A stretch of 64,000 nt of DNA from the sequence record OR757436.1, one strand, 5' to 3'. Every line of letters starts with the position of its first letter. Position 1 is the stretch's first letter. A program made the position numbers and the translations under genes. Shown here piece by piece: positions 60,442 to 64,000 of this stretch. Source of the stretch: Escherichia phage vB-EcoP-XT73. The notes beneath the pieces were generated by a model, which searched no databases, was not told the origin of the DNA, and saw nothing but the letters and a program-made list of their open reading frames with translations.

Positions 60442-60615
60442 ATGAGCTGTTTTGGTGGTGGTGAAATAGATGACGATTATGACATGGAATCCAACGGTAC
60501 ATGTCCTGATTGTGGATGTGAGACGTGGGATGGTGTGTCAGTATACCCTGCCTGTAGTTACTCACCAGTGATCTGTAAAACATGTGGTGATCAGCCATGT
60601 GACCAATCTTGTTAA
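60442..60615 (+). CDS. small Cys-rich protein
   Basis: 57 aa with CPDCGCE ... CKTCGDQPC; below the ORF-track cutoff. Confidence 0.3.
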   Translation: MSCFGGGEIDDDYDMESNGTCPDCGCETWDGVSVYPACSYSPVICKTCGDQPCDQSC

Positions 60616-60624
60616 GAGGTTAAT

Positions 60625-60882
60625 ATGGACGGAGAAGTGGTTTCATATATAGCCATGACTTACTTGGTAGGTTGGTGGGTTGCAGTGTTGGTGGTGACGT
60701 GGTGCTTCAAGAGAGGGAAGTTTAAAACTTTCCTACATACTCCTTGGGGGAACCCTGACGAAATTGCAATTTGGGTTGTGATCTTCTTCTGGCCTGTTAT
60801 CTTATTATTCTTTATCATCTTCCCAATCCTACTACTATTTGACACTGTATTATGTAGGCTTACTAATTTTATAGTAAAGTAA
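60625..60882 (+). CDS. small integral membrane protein
   Basis: Two or three hydrophobic segments (LVGWWVAVLVVTW ... IAIWVVIFFWPVILLFFIIFPILLLF). Confidence 0.5.
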   Translation: MDGEVVSYIAMTYLVGWWVAVLVVTWCFKRGKFKTFLHTPWGNPDEIAIWVVIFFWPVILLFFIIFPILLLFDTVLCRLTNFIVK

Positions 60883-61530
60883 TATCGTGAAGGATTCTTA
60901 CGAGAGTCCTTTGAGATAGGACTTCAGATCTCCTATCAAACTAACATTCATGTAACTAGCCCATAAGGGCGTTACCCTTTAATAACCCAGCCCACTAAGG
61001 GGGCGGGAGTTTAGTGCTGGATTAGCATAACGCTTATTCCCACAAAGGCAACCGATTGTTAGATCTTACATGCAATATTAATTAATAGGATAAGGGAGGA
61101 TTCGTCCCCTCCCCCTATTTATAAATTATCAGGAGGGTGCATTAGCTGATTAGCTGTAGAAGGGAGGCTGATATCTACAGCGTGGCCCAGAGTTAGTGTA
61201 CTCTCCTGATGAGTAGATACCTCATCACGGTAAGCTGTGGAATAATCTTTACAGAAGTTACTTAAAGTAGCCTGTACGGCCCTCAGCAAAGAGTCCGGAC
61301 GATATCTGAGTGACTTTAAAAACAGATGGAGCCAGGTGGAATCCCTGGCAATCAATTACAGGTATAGCTTATGAGGCTAATTAATGCAGAGCCTATGGTA
61401 AAGCAGTCGCCCGTGGTCAAATGACCGTATGCCCATTGGGTGCATCCCTTTGGTGATGGCTAGGGAGTCCGAGCGTAGGTCCGAACCCTACACCTGTAAC
61501 CAAATCAAACAATATCTAATTGGAGGATGT

Positions 61531-61842
61531 ATGAAAGCTCGAAGAACTATATGGACTCCGATTCAGATTGAAAATCTTCGGAGACTAATCAAAGAGTACT
61601 CTGTTCAAGAGGTTGCTCAGATTATGAATGTAACGGAGAATGCAGTTAATACAGCTTGCACTAAGTTTGGTATATCAAGAGCTGCAATCCGAGTCAAGTG
61701 GTCTAAAGAAGAAGACCAGTTCCTTATCCGTAATGCTGGGTTCATGTCTATTCAGAGAATGGCTGACATGCTCGGTAGAAGCTATGCTGCTGTACAGAAC
61801 AGGGCATGTATGCACCTTAACATTAGCCTTAAACTTAAATAG
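61531..61842 (+). CDS. DNA-binding protein candidate with two helix-turn-helix-like repeats
   Basis: Start at the internal ATG after GGAGG; two similar segments (SVQEVAQIMNVTENAVNTACTKFGIS and SIQRMADMLGRSYAAVQNRACMHLNIS). Confidence 0.4.
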   Translation: MKARRTIWTPIQIENLRRLIKEYSVQEVAQIMNVTENAVNTACTKFGISRAAIRVKWSKEEDQFLIRNAGFMSIQRMADMLGRSYAAVQNRACMHLNISLKLK

Positions 61843-61850
61843 GAATCAAT

Positions 61851-62105
61851 ATGAAAGTTAACGAGTTAAATAGAACTACCAAGACTGTGAAACTCCATAC
61901 TCTGAAGAAGGGTGATACATTCCGTTTAGAGGAGAATGGACCAATCCACATGGTCTGCACTGCGGCATCTACTAATTGGGTGGAAGTTGCACGAGATCGA
62001 GTAGTGTGTGTCAGGCTGGAAGATGGTAATCTGAGTGGTCCGGTCGAGAGGATTCCTGTTATCCCTGTTAAAGTTGAAGCTAACGTTATTAAGGGTTCTA
62101 AATGA
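61851..62105 (+). CDS. small protein, paralogue family C
   Basis: KTVKLHTLKKGDTFRL...IHMVCTA...RVVCVRLEDGNLSG. Confidence 0.5.
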   Translation: MKVNELNRTTKTVKLHTLKKGDTFRLEENGPIHMVCTAASTNWVEVARDRVVCVRLEDGNLSGPVERIPVIPVKVEANVIKGSK

Positions 62106-62347
62106 AGATCATCCCAAAGATTAAAGATAACACTGTTTCATTGGCTACAATTATTCCCGGAAACCCTTTCGTAGTTCAAAGAGGAACAGCATCCCCTCAG
62201 TATTACATCCGTGTCAATAATGTGTCCAACAAAATCTCTGTCGAAGAAGGTTGGATTACTATAGTCAATCTTCTTACTGGTGTATTAGGTGTTATGAAAA
62301 GTGATGCCCCAGTTGAAGTAATTCGTATGTCAGTGGTTCAGGAGTAG
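62102..62347 (+). CDS. small protein, paralogue family C
   Basis: NTVSLATIIPGNPFVV...QYYIRV...GWITIVNLLTGVLG. Confidence 0.5.
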   Translation: MKIIPKIKDNTVSLATIIPGNPFVVQRGTASPQYYIRVNNVSNKISVEEGWITIVNLLTGVLGVMKSDAPVEVIRMSVVQE

Positions 62348-62352
62348 TGTAG

Positions 62353-62595
62353 ATGAGCACAATACATATCAAGGTCCATCACAAAGAAGAAAAGAAACTC
62401 TTTGTTAAAGATCTATCAATCGCTGATATCTTCACTTTAAAAGAAGATGATAATCAGGTCATCTATTTGATGATGCCTGTGACTGGAGGGTATCGAAGGG
62501 CTGTTTGTTTGGGTACAGGTGTACCTCGTCCTGTTGCTGATACTCTTGAAGTTGGTGAGAAGTTTAGTAAGGCTGAAATCATCTTAACTCCATAG
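62353..62595 (+). CDS. small protein, paralogue family C
   Basis: KKLFVKDLSIADIFTL...VIYLMMP...RRAVCLGTGVPR. Confidence 0.5.
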   Translation: MSTIHIKVHHKEEKKLFVKDLSIADIFTLKEDDNQVIYLMMPVTGGYRRAVCLGTGVPRPVADTLEVGEKFSKAEIILTP

Positions 62596-62603
62596 GAAAA
62601 CAA

Positions 62604-62720
62604 ATGAGACGTAAAGCATATTCTTATGACGATATGATTAACCAGAAAGGCTTCGGTCAACGACAGCCTGACGGTTCAATTATCTGGTTCGTAAACGGGC
62701 AGAAAAAGGTAGCTAAATAA
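62604..62720 (+). CDS. small basic protein (38 aa)
   Basis: MRRKAYSYDDMINQKGFGQRQPDGSIIWFVNGQKKVAK; below the ORF-track cutoff. Confidence 0.25.
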   Translation: MRRKAYSYDDMINQKGFGQRQPDGSIIWFVNGQKKVAK

Positions 62721-62825
62721 GCCTTCTTCTCTCCTCCTTTTAGTACTATGACGCCTCTCTGTGGGCGGACCAATTTGCGTAGGGAATTCCCTCTACGCAG
62801 CCATAATTTTTAAGGAATTTCCCCT

Positions 62826-63059
62826 ATGTCTAAAGTAAGCGCAATTGATGCAATCCGTCAACCGTTCCAGTTCCAATCCAAATCAACCCAAACCTTCAGC
62901 GAGCCTAAGCAAATTCGCTTGGGTGGCACAGAGAAGACTGTATTTGATCTGGCTAAAAACAAGAGCGTTACTGTAGTTGATGGTGGCACTCTGGTTAACG
63001 TTTCCCATCGTATCCGCACTGGCAAAACTGCCAAAGATCGTGCTAAGAAAGGTGAATAA
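62826..63059 (+). CDS. hypothetical protein
   Basis: 77-aa ORF with upstream AAGGAA. Confidence 0.45.
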   Translation: MSKVSAIDAIRQPFQFQSKSTQTFSEPKQIRLGGTEKTVFDLAKNKSVTVVDGGTLVNVSHRIRTGKTAKDRAKKGE

Positions 63060-63301
63060 TGAAAATAGGGCAACCAGCTAAGGATGTTCTAGCGAAGATT
63101 AGTGATATCTCTATTGGGGAGGTTTTCTCAGCAGAGCACTTTTCAAGTTACTACATGAAAATCCCTGACACTAAAGTAGAGGGTTGCATCACCCCCGCCA
63201 ACGCAGTTAACCTGAACACAGGGCATTTGTCTGCATTCAAACCTGATTCACAGGTTACTGAAATCAAAGATGCCTACCTTGCCTTTGGTGGGGATAAATA
63301 G
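63059..63301 (+). CDS. small protein, paralogue family C
   Basis: KISDISIGEVFSA...SYYMKI...GCITPANAVNLNTGHL. Confidence 0.5.
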   Translation: MKIGQPAKDVLAKISDISIGEVFSAEHFSSYYMKIPDTKVEGCITPANAVNLNTGHLSAFKPDSQVTEIKDAYLAFGGDK

Positions 63302-63302
63302 T

Positions 63303-63518
63303 ATGATAGAACTTGTGTCTGTCGTTTACAGATTACACTATCGTCTAGATAAAGGAAAATCCTATAAATGCAAGAGTAAGACAGGGAATCTGTGCTCTGT
63401 AGAGAATAACTCTGGTCAATGGGTGAATGTTCCTTGTTGCTGGTTCAGGAAAGATTTGACTAGCAAAGAGATTGACGAAATTCTTAGTGATGATTTTGTA
63501 AAATCAGGTGATTTTTAG
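63303..63518 (+). CDS. hypothetical protein
   Basis: Start at the internal ATG of the track ORF 63270..63518. Confidence 0.35.
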   Translation: MIELVSVVYRLHYRLDKGKSYKCKSKTGNLCSVENNSGQWVNVPCCWFRKDLTSKEIDEILSDDFVKSGDF

Positions 63519-63755
63519 TTGTAGTAACGCCTATAGCCTTCCCTCCGGAGGGCTATGTGAGTTATTCTGACTCAACCAACCTAATCTTAATATATTTCCC
63601 GTATGGGGCCGATGCTAGGGCGAGGAATAATCCTCAAACATCCGTCGGATAGATATTTTAAGAGCAGGTTATCCACAGATATTGGGTAATATCTTTTTGG
63701 ATTTAAAGCTTGGCTCTTTTCGGAGAGTCCTTTTTTAAATTCAACGAGAGGAAAT

Positions 63756-63908
63756 ATGTCTAAATTAGATTTAAAACTGCTAGCAGCAGCGGTAGTGATT
63801 TGTGCACTAGCACTGGTAACGCAGAGAACATCTGGATTTATTCAGTGTTTCTTTTCTGGGCAATCCACTTATCAGTGGGTTATTGACGAGTGTAAACAAC
63901 AGGAGTAA
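63756..63908 (+). CDS. small membrane/secreted protein (50 aa)
   Basis: MSKLDLKLLAAAVVICALALVT...; GAGAGGAAAT RBS. Confidence 0.3.
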   Translation: MSKLDLKLLAAAVVICALALVTQRTSGFIQCFFSGQSTYQWVIDECKQQE

Positions 63909-63910
63909 GT

Positions 63911-64000
63911 ATGAATACACGTCCCATTAAGGGCAACGTTAATATTGAAACTCTGAACAAGGTTGCATCAAATCTCGGTGGAATGTCCAACGAGGATCTT
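63911..64000 (+). CDS. hypothetical protein, 3' end outside the window
   Basis: ATG after AGGAG; ORF runs to the window edge. Confidence 0.3.
   Translation, partial: MNTRPIKGNVNIETLNKVASNLGGMSNEDL

Noticed and set aside
61475-61502. tRNA-like T-arm (gtagg-tccgaac-cctac followed by acctgta-a-cca)
   Set aside because: No complementary 5' acceptor strand is present 65-75 nt upstream, and the loop lacks the conserved TTC, so this is not a tRNA.

Overview
The window reads as a nearly gene-saturated tailed-phage genome segment (podovirus-like: no sheath or tape-measure gene recognised) in three blocks. (1) 1-20.1 kb, plus strand: replication and nucleotide metabolism. It holds a T7 gp4-like helicase (5' end outside the window), a T7-like DNA polymerase encoded as two separate genes 9.3 kb apart, a nucleotidyltransferase, dCTP deaminase, a Dps-like ferritin, thioredoxin, ThyX-like protein, PhoH, HNH endonucleases, a phosphoesterase, SSB, a candidate spanin pair, a macro-domain protein, an ECF-sigma-like protein and a 5'-3' exonuclease. 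(2) 20.2-48.3 kb, minus strand: packaging and virion genes in the order TerS, TerL, portal, scaffold, major capsid, tail fibre with perfect 90-bp repeats, lysozyme, SLT transglycosylase, Q/N-rich proteins and a ~1470-aa internal protein. (3) 49.5-64 kb, plus strand: an early-type region of many small genes, including several paralogue families and secreted or lipoproteins, a tRNA-Arg(TCT), and a 1.4-kb ORF-free stretch with consensus sigma70-like promoters. A 9-bp motif TAATGTATA recurs upstream of genes on both strands. From memory, the split polymerase, sigma-like gene and this motif resemble phiEco32-like podoviruses; this was not verified. The points most worth follow-up are the split polymerase with an adjacent nucleotidyltransferase, the expanded small-protein families, the repeat-rich non-coding regions at 48.3-49.5 kb and 51.9-53.3 kb, and the macro-domain, Dps and sigma-like accessory genes. 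All calls come from reading the sequence and translations; no searches were run, and coordinates of motifs and RNA features are approximate (about +/-2 bp).
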